A stretch of 64,000 nucleotides of DNA from Candidatus Binatia bacterium (GTDB lineage Bacteria; Desulfobacterota; Binatia; Bin18): assembly GCA_963666315.2 (NCBI GenBank), contig CAXXHG010000043.1, forward strand, positions 416,001 to 480,000. Direction: 5' to 3'. The position numbers were made by a program, and so were the translations under genes. Positions 9,035-17,672 of the stretch are shown one piece after another. The notes under the pieces are model-generated. The model made no database searches. It saw only the letters and a list, made by a program, of their open reading frames with translations, and was not told the origin of the DNA. Each line of letters begins with the position of its first letter. Position 1 is the stretch's first letter.

Positions 9035-10114
9035 CTATCCACGCAGGGCCATGCGACCGGTTGTCTCGGCCCGTCCAAAAAGGTTGGGGGTCATACTCTT
9101 GGTCTGTGCTTCTTCTGCGGTAATGAGGCCGCGGGCGGCGAGGTCCATGAGCGCCATGTCCATTGTTTGCATGCCGTCTTTTTGGCCGACCTGCATAGCA
9201 GAAGGGATCTGATGCACTTTCCCTTCTCGGATCAAATTACGGACTGCAGGGGTTGGAACGAGGCTCTCTAAAGCCGCGGCGCGTCCGCCCGCTTTCTTTT
9301 TGCACAGGATTTGAGTGATGATGGCTTCAATGGAGTCGGCGAACTGGGTGCGGATCTGGGCTTGCTGGGCCGCCGGGAATACGTCGACAATACGGTCAAC
9401 GGTTTGGGCAGCGCCAGGTGAGTGTAAGGTGGCAAAGACAAGATGGCCCGTTTCGGCTGCGGTGATCGCGAGCTGAATGGTTTCCAGGTCACGCATTTCA
9501 CCGACGAGGATGATATCCGGATCTTCACGTAAGACTGCTCGGAGCGCATTGGCAAAGGAATGGGTATGTACGCCGAGTTCGCGTTGGGTGACGAGACATT
9601 TCTTCGACTAGTGGGTAAATTCAATCGGATCTTCAATCGTGATGATATGGCCTTCAAAGTCGTCATTGATGTGATAGACCATGGCGGCTAGGGTGGTCGA
9701 TTTTCCCGATCCTGTTGGTCCGGTGACGAGGATGAGTCCTTTTTCGCGTTTACACAGTTGCTTCAAGAGCGGCGGCAGACCAAGTTTTTCAAACGAAGGG
9801 ATTTCCGTCGGAATCGTCCGGAAGACTGCGCCTTCCCCACGCTGTTGCATAAAGACGTTGACCCGGAAACGTCCCACGTCACCCATATCAAACGAGAAGT
9901 CCAGCTCGAGCGTCTCCTCAAAGTCGTTGCGTTGGCCGTCATCCATAATGTCATAGATGAGAGCGTGCACTTCATCGCGAGAAAGCGCTGGGTGATCCAG
10001 ACGCTTCATACGACCGTCGAGCCTGATCATGGGTGGTTGCCCGCTGCTCAGGTGAACGTCTGAGGCTCCTGACTGAATCGCGAAGGTCAGCAATGCGGTG
10101 ACATCAATAGACAT
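9035..10114 (-). CDS. pilT: Type IV pilus retraction ATPase PilT with one in-frame TAG at 9608-9610
   Basis: GPTGSGKSTT, TIEDPIEFTH*SKKCLVTQRELG, LREDPDIILVGEMRD, AETGHLV, AVRNLIRE; both halves are in the same frame. Confidence 0.93.
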
Positions 10115-10289
10115 GAAAATCCCTTCCACCGTACAGTACAAAAGATCGCGGTTTCCTGTGGGAACTTTACTAAGAAAAGTCATACAGGACAAGCATTTTT
10201 CTACCCAATATCTGCCGCAATCTGTCTCTATGCACTCTCCCTCGCATGTGGTAAGCCAGACGTTCTATTTTTTTACGAGGAGGCACGGC

Positions 10290-11105
10290 ATGGGATACGA
10301 GGCTATCGTGTATGAGAAGGTCGAAGACAAGATCTCCCGTGTGACGCTTAACCGTCCGGAGAAACTGAATGCCATGAGCCGCCAGCTCCTGTCCGAGCTG
10401 GACGATGCGTTGGATGAGTTCGAGCAGGACAATGACGCGAGCGTATTGATTATCCGTGGGGCGGGCCGCGCTTTCTGTGCCGGGTATGATTTGCAGCCGG
10501 TTTCCGGGCCGGGCGGGAGATTTACTGTCACCAGTGATCGCTGGGGATTGCGAAAGATCGTTGCACGTTGGCAGCGCTTATGGAATCTACCCAAGCCGAC
10601 GATTGCTCAGGTGCACGGGTATTGTCTGGCTGGAGCGACCGAGCTTGTTGGGCATTGCGACATCGTCTTTGCCGCAGACGATGCCCAGTTCGGTCACCCG
10701 GCTGGGCGTTCGCTTGGCGTGTTACCCTCGCTTGCGATGTGGCCGTATCTTATGGGAATGCGCAAAACAAAAGAGTTTCTTTTCACCGGAGACTCCATGA
10801 CGGCAGCACAGGCGCTGGAAAACGGCTTGATTAACCGCGTCTACCCCAAGGACCGGCTTGAGGAGGAAGTGCTGGCGTATGCCCGCCGTGTAGCGACGGT
10901 CCCGGTAGATTTACTGACCCTGCATAAAGCAGCCACAAATCGTTTTTTCGAAGCCATGGGCCTGTATACCGCAGAGCAATCGGCAACGGAATTTGATGTT
11001 ATTGCTCACCAGACGGTCACGGTCAAAAACGAGGTCAAGAAGATGATGGAGCGAGGGCTTAAAGAAGCACTGCGGGACCGAGATCGACCGTTTGCCAAGA
11101 AATAA
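10290..11105 (+). CDS. Enoyl-CoA hydratase/isomerase (crotonase) family protein
   Basis: TLNRPEKLNA, GRAFCAGYDL, KPTIAQVHGYCLAG; GGAGG RBS before ATG 10290. Confidence 0.92.
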   Translation: MGYEAIVYEKVEDKISRVTLNRPEKLNAMSRQLLSELDDALDEFEQDNDASVLIIRGAGRAFCAGYDLQPVSGPGGRFTVTSDRWGLRKIVARWQRLWNLPKPTIAQVHGYCLAGATELVGHCDIVFAADDAQFGHPAGRSLGVLPSLAMWPYLMGMRKTKEFLFTGDSMTAAQALENGLINRVYPKDRLEEEVLAYARRVATVPVDLLTLHKAATNRFFEAMGLYTAEQSATEFDVIAHQTVTVKNEVKKMMERGLKEALRDRDRPFAKK

Positions 11106-11136
11106 GGTGAGACCTCGACGAGATGAGATCTCAACT

Positions 11137-11829
11137 ATGAATGGTCGTCGCATCTACCTCATGCGCCATGGCGAAACCCTCTACCAACGTGTGGCAAACG
11201 AGGGGGCACTTGGCAATGGCGCACTCACCGAACGTGGGCAAGAGCAGATCGCAACAGCGGCTCTTTTATTTCGTGCCGTTGCTCTTGATGCAATATACAC
11301 CAGCCCGCTTGAGCGTGCATATGAAACCACCCAGATTATTGCCAAGGAAAAAGAGCTGGACATTCAGGTTGCGCCAGAGCTCAGCGAGATTATTCCCAGC
11401 GATGCAGTGCTCGAGCAAAAGAGTCTTACGGAGATATTCAAGGATATTCAGGAATTCTTTAAGAACGCAGACTCAGACTGGGGCGAATCGTACTTGGGGG
11501 GTGAGAGTTTTCAGCAGGTGTATGAGCGCGCTGGTCGATTTCTCAAGACTCTCCTGAGCAAGGATGACTGGCAAACGCTGCTCCTCGTCGCGCATGGGGG
11601 AGTGAACAATGCTTTTTTAGCCCACGCTACAGGGACAACGAGTGGACGGGTGTTCAATATTGAGCAGGACTTTGGGTGCATAAACATCATAGACTTTGCC
11701 AGGAATCGACCTTTTCTTCGCTTAGCCAATTTTACCCTGTACGATCAGCTCAAAATCAACCTTCGAGAGCACAGCTTGGATATCATTCTTAATCTGCTTA
11801 GAGGTCGAGGGGTTATTGATCCTGATTGA
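11137..11829 (+). CDS. Histidine phosphatase (phosphoglycerate mutase) family protein
   Basis: RHGET, SPLERA, GGES, VAHGG. Confidence 0.9.
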   Translation: MNGRRIYLMRHGETLYQRVANEGALGNGALTERGQEQIATAALLFRAVALDAIYTSPLERAYETTQIIAKEKELDIQVAPELSEIIPSDAVLEQKSLTEIFKDIQEFFKNADSDWGESYLGGESFQQVYERAGRFLKTLLSKDDWQTLLLVAHGGVNNAFLAHATGTTSGRVFNIEQDFGCINIIDFARNRPFLRLANFTLYDQLKINLREHSLDIILNLLRGRGVIDPD

Positions 11830-11978
11830 GCGGGAATAAGAAGAAAAATTTCCCGACTTTCTGGGCGGCTCATCCTCTAGCAGGCCTCTGGATTTCCCTA
11901 TGTCATTGATTCTCATAAAAGAATTAGAATGAGGTAAGGAGAAAAAGGAGAAATTGTCGAAAAAGAAGGTACGGTGGC

Positions 11979-12021
11979 TTGATTTCTTTTCTAATCTATC
12001 TTATCTAGTTTAATTAGACTA
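11979..12021 (+). promoter_or_regulatory. Putative promoter with overlapping palindrome TAGTTTAATTAGACTA (candidate PadR operator)
   Basis: TTGATT at 11979; 14/16 palindrome at 12006-12021 just upstream of padR ATG in an AT-rich intergenic region. Confidence 0.45.
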
Positions 12022-12039
12022 ATTCATAAGAAACCAACA

Positions 12040-12696
12040 ATGAGCGTCCAACTTGTCGTCCTAGGGCTATTATCTGAGAAGCCGAGTCACGGTTATGAAC
12101 TGCGACAAGAGGTCGAGCGTCGGTTGTATGCGTCATATATCAACCTCAGCGGAGGGTCACTCTACTACAACCTGGGGCAACTGGAGCGCGCCGGCTACGT
12201 AGAGAAGACTCGAGTAGAGCAGAAGGGACGCTATCCTGCCCGTCAAGTCTACCAAATTACGCCGGGGGGCAAAGAATATCTCCAGGCTGAGTTGCGACGC
12301 CTCTTATTCAATACTGAAGAACGAGACAAGGTTTTTGATCCGCTCAATACCGCCCTGGCCTTTGGCCACTTCCTGAAAAGGGACGAGTTATATACCGCGC
12401 TCCAAAGCCATCTGGAGTGGGCGCAGAAAAGGCTGGCCTGGGTGACTGAGCAGCAAGCGTATTGGGGTGCCCAGAGTGCAACATTGCCGCAAGTCCAGAT
12501 TATTGAGCATGGGCGTGCTCACTTCAAAGCGGAAATCACTTGGCTCGAACAATTTCTGGGTATACTTGAAACACAAGACGGTCAGGAGTTAGAGGCGAAC
12601 ATGTCCCTTGGCGTCTCTTCTCCCGAAGCGGAGGAGGCGGTTGAACAAACGCGTAAAAATCCCATACAAGAGGAGGGTCCAGTATGGAAGGTCTAA
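12040..12696 (+). CDS. PadR family transcriptional regulator with C-terminal helical domain
   Basis: VLGLLSEKPSHGYEL, GSLYYNLGQLERAGYV, RQVYQITPGG. Confidence 0.92.
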   Translation: MSVQLVVLGLLSEKPSHGYELRQEVERRLYASYINLSGGSLYYNLGQLERAGYVEKTRVEQKGRYPARQVYQITPGGKEYLQAELRRLLFNTEERDKVFDPLNTALAFGHFLKRDELYTALQSHLEWAQKRLAWVTEQQAYWGAQSATLPQVQIIEHGRAHFKAEITWLEQFLGILETQDGQELEANMSLGVSSPEAEEAVEQTRKNPIQEEGPVWKV

Positions 12697-13328
12697 GTGT
12701 CCTCGATATGATTCAGCAGGGGTGGTACATCACCTATCCCCTGATTGTGATGTCTATGGTTATTATCACGATTATATTTGAACGAATATTCGCTCTGCGT
12801 GGACTGATCGCCGGCACTCTCCAGACTGCCGGCGGGCTGGTTGGGCAATTACAGAAAGGTGATTTCCAAACGGCCCTTGCCACCGCCGAGGAGAATCAGA
12901 AAAAGCCGGCCGGCCGCATATTTCGCGACGTCATTTCCCAACAAGAGGGGGAATCTCTTGAATATCTGTCTGAAGTCATTGAGAACCGACGCTTCGAGGA
13001 AATCGAAGCACTCAAAGGCAGCATCTGGGTCCTGGGAACAGTCGGTGTGAGTGCGCCCTTCATCGGGCTACTCGGTACCGTCATCGGGATTATCAAATCC
13101 TTCACAAGTATGGCGGTTGAGGGCAGCGGTGGTTTTGCGGTTGTTGCCGGTGGTATTTCTGAGGCCCTGATTGCAACGGCTCTTGGCCTCGCAGTCGGGA
13201 TCATTGCGGTGATCTTCTACAATTATTTTCATACCAAACTTGAGCGGATCGAGGCGGCAATGACGATCAGCTCGGACCGTGTCCTCGAAGCAGTCCGTCT
13301 CGGGAGGAAAGCTCATGGGAATGGCTAG
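12684..13328 (+). CDS. MotA/TolQ/ExbB proton channel protein
   Basis: APFIGLLGTVIGIIKSF, GGISEALIATALGL; three TM segments. Confidence 0.93.
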   Translation: MEGLSVLDMIQQGWYITYPLIVMSMVIITIIFERIFALRGLIAGTLQTAGGLVGQLQKGDFQTALATAEENQKKPAGRIFRDVISQQEGESLEYLSEVIENRRFEEIEALKGSIWVLGTVGVSAPFIGLLGTVIGIIKSFTSMAVEGSGGFAVVAGGISEALIATALGLAVGIIAVIFYNYFHTKLERIEAAMTISSDRVLEAVRLGRKAHGNG

Positions 13329-13734
13329 TCCACGCAAGAAGAAGGCGAGTGGGTCTGCCATTATGGCCGAGATCAATATCGTTCCCTTGTGCGACATCTT
13401 TCTGGTGCTACTAATCATCTTTATGGTGACCAGCGTGGCGATGGTCCAATCCGGAGCGCATATTACTCTGCCCGAGGTTCAAGAGACCGATTCCGAGCCG
13501 CGACAGATTGTCATTACAGTCACGCCACAAAAAGAGATCTTTGTGAATGCCAGACCTGTGAAAATGATCGAACTCGAAGTGGCGCTTCGTCAGCTTATAA
13601 TGGCAAAGCCAGACGTACCGGTCGTACTCGAAGGTGATCAGGATGTCATCCTGGGGGAGGCTGTAAAAATCCTCTCCATTGCGCAGCGAGCTGGGGCAAC
13701 CCAGGTCGCAATTGCTGCCCGGCAAGCGGGCTGA
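13315..13734 (+). CDS. ExbD/TolR biopolymer transport protein
   Basis: AEINIVPLCDIFLVLLIIFMV with conserved TM Asp; VVLEGDQ. Confidence 0.93.
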   Translation: MGMASPRKKKASGSAIMAEINIVPLCDIFLVLLIIFMVTSVAMVQSGAHITLPEVQETDSEPRQIVITVTPQKEIFVNARPVKMIELEVALRQLIMAKPDVPVVLEGDQDVILGEAVKILSIAQRAGATQVAIAARQAG

Positions 13735-13768
13735 AAAGTGTAAGCGACCTCGTATCCCAAGGAAGGGC

Positions 13769-15010
13769 ATGGTTATGGCTGCATCCGAGGAAAATACGAA
13801 AACACCCGAGGAATCTTCGGTCGAGCGCAAAATCCAAGAGGACCTGTGGCTGTCTCGGGGCGGGGGATTTGGCAAAAACGCGCGGTGGTTTGCCTTCTCG
13901 ACCGCGGCCCATATCCTGGTCTTGTCCATATTTGCAACGACGGCTGTGACCATCATGCGAGAGCCGGAAATGATTAAGGTCAAAGCCTTACCGCTGACGG
14001 CAGAAGAGCTGGCGGCCATGGAGGAGGCGGGGGATGATGATTGGGAGGGCGAGCCGTCCTTGGAGGATATTCCGGGCATCCTGACCATGGAGGATCTGGC
14101 TCTGAGCAAAGCCCGGCCCACTGGGCCGGCGTCAACCGGCCCCCTTCAGGCACCCATTCAACGGGCAGCTATTCCGGTCTTCCAGGGGCATGGTCTTGTC
14201 ACGATAGACGTGAAGCGCCCGGACGATAGCTTCTCCGGCTTCGCAACCCAGCTGAGCGGTCTGGTCGGAACTGAAAATTTTGGTGGTGGCGGGTTTGGCG
14301 ATTATGGCCGAGGGCTGCGTAAGGTTGGTCTTGATGTCGCCTTGGTGATTGATGCCACGGACAGTATGCAGTTTGTCATCGACTCGGTACGCAGTCGATT
14401 GACTAAATTGGTGACTCTCTTGCGCAAGCTCGTACCGACCTCGCGCATCGGCATTGTGACTTACCGCGATAGAGGCGAAGAGTATGTGACGAGGTGGGTG
14501 GACTTGAGTTTTTCGACTTTGAAGCTGAAGAATTTTCTGGCTAATCTGCATGCGGATGGAGGAGGGGACTGGCCCGAGGCTGTCTATGAGGGCCTGGACG
14601 CGGCGGTGAATGATCTGAGTTGGCGTAAACGCTCACGTCGTGTTGTCGTCCTCGTTTCCGGCTCTCCGCCGCACCCGGAAAGTATGGGTGGCGTCCTGAG
14701 TTTGGCCCAGGGATTCCAGTCTCGTGGCGGAGTCGTGAGTGTGATGGACCTGGCCGAAAAGATGCACGAAGACTTTGAATACGCCCTGTGGGAACAGACC
14801 GGCAAGGTTATGAACGTCCCCTTTGAGCCCACTCCTTTGCCTGGATTTTATCGAGACTTCCGGAATACGATGGCATCGGTAGCGCAAGCGGGTGGTGGAG
14901 ACTTCATCCCGCTGACCGAGGAGAAGGTGCTGACCAGGAATATTATTATCATGACCTTCGGTTCGCGTTGGGAAGTGGAAATGGCGAAATATCTGCGAGA
15001 CTTGGAATAG
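13769..15010 (+). CDS. Membrane-anchored VWA-domain protein with TonB/TolA-like SxxxH transmembrane helix
   Basis: TM WFAFSTAAHILVLSIF; acidic/Pro/Gly-rich linker; VWA LDVALVIDATDSM..GGGDWPEAV..LSWR..PPH. Confidence 0.85.
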   Translation: MVMAASEENTKTPEESSVERKIQEDLWLSRGGGFGKNARWFAFSTAAHILVLSIFATTAVTIMREPEMIKVKALPLTAEELAAMEEAGDDDWEGEPSLEDIPGILTMEDLALSKARPTGPASTGPLQAPIQRAAIPVFQGHGLVTIDVKRPDDSFSGFATQLSGLVGTENFGGGGFGDYGRGLRKVGLDVALVIDATDSMQFVIDSVRSRLTKLVTLLRKLVPTSRIGIVTYRDRGEEYVTRWVDLSFSTLKLKNFLANLHADGGGDWPEAVYEGLDAAVNDLSWRKRSRRVVVLVSGSPPHPESMGGVLSLAQGFQSRGGVVSVMDLAEKMHEDFEYALWEQTGKVMNVPFEPTPLPGFYRDFRNTMASVAQAGGGDFIPLTEEKVLTRNIIIMTFGSRWEVEMAKYLRDLE

Positions 15011-15155
15011 CGGGATAGTGCGCTGTGGAATGGTAATATGCAAAAGGACGCTCGTGCACCTCGGTGCAAGGGGCTCTCTTCATGTCATGCCGGGGATGGA
15101 AAGTCGGAGCTTTGGGCGCAAAATGAACACTAGAATATAAAAAAGGAGTACGAGC

Positions 15156-17558
15156 GTGCGGCGTCTGGTTTCCATTATCGGCATGGTGTCTCTTGTGATG
15201 AACATGGGGGCTCTGACCTCTGAGGTCCAGGCCGCCTCACTCTCTGAGCTGTCTTCGCGCGCAAAGCAGGCCCGCAGTAAGGTCAATGGGCTGAAAAAAG
15301 GTGGCTGGAGCGCCCAAGAAAAGATCGAAGCCATTCAAATACTTGGCCCTGTTGCGCTTGATTTTGTGGCGGTTCCCAATCTGGCCGCATCGGTCAAAAC
15401 GACGTCTGGTAGAAAAGCGGTCCGCGCCGTCTACGAGACGCTTTATGGTCCACTCAACCATATCTACACAGGCAGTTTCCTGCGCATTGACCAAATGACG
15501 AAGCAGGTCATTGCGCAGGATGGTGACCTAGAGGCCGTGCAAGACTCACAGGCATACCAAGCCGAACAGGGTGTTGCTGCGCGCTCCTTGTATTTCTTGA
15601 ACCACCTCAACTACATCGGCTCGTTCGCGTTTGACGACGAGAAAAAGAAGGAACTGCTCCAGAAGGCGATGAATGGATATTCCGAGTTCGCTGTGGGGGA
15701 TCAGGCCTCGCGACTCAAAAACGAAAGTTTGTTTTTTCGGGCGCTGTGCGAACGCGAACTCCAGAAATTCGACTGGGCAGTCCGCGATTTCGAGCTGCTC
15801 TTAAAACAGGGCAGATTGTCCGCAGACATGCGGCGTAAAGCCCAGCGAGCGTTGGCCCAGACGCGTAAATTCGCTAAGAGTGGTGGCAAGATTCAGTCCT
15901 CTCCTACGGACTTGGCTCTGGCTAATCATCAAAAAGCGAAGAGCTTCCTAAAGCAGAGTCGTAAGGCGAGCGGTAAGAAGCGGCGCACCCTACGGGGTCA
16001 GGCGCTCACATTGATTCTTGAGGTCCGCAAGGCGGGTGGCAAGTGGACGGTGCGGGCGGATGAGCTGGCCAGGGCAGAGCTGACGGCTGAAGAGCAACTC
16101 GCACTCGCGGAACATATATATCCCTTTCCGCCGTGGCTGAAAGCTAAAGAGCTTATGAAAAAACGCCGCTTTGCCAAGGCGGTGCCTTTTCTGGAGGAAG
16201 TCCTGGCATCAAACGAACCAAATGCCGCTGTGTACAAAACCGACGCGCAGTATTACCTCGGAGTCGGGCTGTATGAACAACGTCGGTATCGAGAGGCCAT
16301 TGCGAAATTGGACGCCTTTCTCCTCAATGGGGGGGCAGAGACCAAGCGCGCGTCTGACGCGGAATATTTCCAGTTCAAGTCAGCCGAGTCGCTGTACGCT
16401 GGGGACCAAAGCGACCGAACGGCAAAGATCTACTTGAAAGCAATTAACGACTACACCCGGAAATATCCGAAACACCGCTCCATATACGAGGCGCATTTTC
16501 GACTTGGTGAGTACTATCAGGATAAGAAAAACTATCTGAAGGCGGCGGGTGCGTATAAAAAGGTAAGAGGACAGCAAGCGTATCGCGTCCGCGCCGACTA
16601 CGCGACCCTTCAGTCATACTTTGAAGTTTTGCACGCCATCGAAGACGGAGACACAGGGAGCGGGCTGAGTGAGGATGACCTTCGGCAGCGGATAGGGGAG
16701 AGCCTCGATGCGTTCTGGAAAAATAACGCCAAGCTGGCCGAGAGTAGTCCGAAGCTCGCCAAACGCGATCCATACCGTGAATATCCGGGTAAAGTCGGGG
16801 TGATGAATGCGGTGTATTTGAGCAAGGATACTGATGCAAATGCGGCCCAAATCGTCTCCTTGCTTGACGGCTTTGAAGAGAAATACCCCAAGCAGCCCGA
16901 CGCCTTTGAAACCGTGGCGCGGACGCGGCTGATTGCTCTGCAGAAGACGGGGCAATACATCGAGTTGGAAAAGGATGTGGATAAGATTTTTGCTCGTTTT
17001 CAACCCGAACAGCAAAAAGAACTCCTCGTCGGCCTGGCCGGCGTCTTAGAGAGAGATGTCCGCAAACTCCGCCGTAAGAATGATCGTGACGGCGAACTCG
17101 CTGCGAAGCGGACGCTCACCCGGCTGCACGTAGACCGACTCGAGAATGGTGGGGACTTTGCCGACGACGAATCCCCGGATCGATTCCGGTACGATCTTGC
17201 CCAGCTCTATCTCGATACCAAACAATACGACGAGGCCGAGGTCCTGTATAAAGACCTGGAACAAAAACAGGGTCCGTACTCGCTGGTGTCACTCGTCGGC
17301 TTGGCCCAAATTGCCGAGGTCAGGGGTAATAAAAAGCTGTCTTTATCGCTCTGGGAGGGCGCGCTCAAGGGGACTCACGTGGGCGATCCGCTCTGGTTTC
17401 GGGGCACGTTTGAGGTGGCGCGGCTTAACGGCGATATTGGCAATGCTGACCAAGCGTGCAAGACCGTTAGCAGCGCCCAGCGTATGCTTCATCGTCTCGG
17501 TGATCAAAAACTCAAGGCCAAGATTCAGGACTTTGCTAGCCAAACGTGCGGGGTGTAA
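15156..17558 (+). CDS. Large exported tetratricopeptide-repeat protein (800 aa)
   Basis: Signal peptide ending VQA; TPR-like units AQYYLGVGLYEQRRYREA, AHFRLGEYYQDKKNYLKA, YDLAQLYLDTKQYDEA. Confidence 0.8.
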   Translation: MRRLVSIIGMVSLVMNMGALTSEVQAASLSELSSRAKQARSKVNGLKKGGWSAQEKIEAIQILGPVALDFVAVPNLAASVKTTSGRKAVRAVYETLYGPLNHIYTGSFLRIDQMTKQVIAQDGDLEAVQDSQAYQAEQGVAARSLYFLNHLNYIGSFAFDDEKKKELLQKAMNGYSEFAVGDQASRLKNESLFFRALCERELQKFDWAVRDFELLLKQGRLSADMRRKAQRALAQTRKFAKSGGKIQSSPTDLALANHQKAKSFLKQSRKASGKKRRTLRGQALTLILEVRKAGGKWTVRADELARAELTAEEQLALAEHIYPFPPWLKAKELMKKRRFAKAVPFLEEVLASNEPNAAVYKTDAQYYLGVGLYEQRRYREAIAKLDAFLLNGGAETKRASDAEYFQFKSAESLYAGDQSDRTAKIYLKAINDYTRKYPKHRSIYEAHFRLGEYYQDKKNYLKAAGAYKKVRGQQAYRVRADYATLQSYFEVLHAIEDGDTGSGLSEDDLRQRIGESLDAFWKNNAKLAESSPKLAKRDPYREYPGKVGVMNAVYLSKDTDANAAQIVSLLDGFEEKYPKQPDAFETVARTRLIALQKTGQYIELEKDVDKIFARFQPEQQKELLVGLAGVLERDVRKLRRKNDRDGELAAKRTLTRLHVDRLENGGDFADDESPDRFRYDLAQLYLDTKQYDEAEVLYKDLEQKQGPYSLVSLVGLAQIAEVRGNKKLSLSLWEGALKGTHVGDPLWFRGTFEVARLNGDIGNADQACKTVSSAQRMLHRLGDQKLKAKIQDFASQTCGV

Positions 17559-17582
17559 ATCGGGCCGAGGGGGCCTGGCAAT

Positions 17583-17616
17583 ATCGCAATATCAAGCGAC
17601 CAAGCGATATTGCGAT
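17583..17616. repeat. Perfect 11-bp inverted repeat ATCGCAATATC-N12-GATATTGCGAT
   Basis: Seen directly between the TPR gene and the symporter gene. Confidence 0.8.
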
Positions 17617-17672
17617 CAGCGATTCCCCCCACAGAATATTGCGCTTCCCTTGCATCGCCCTAGAATAAGGCG

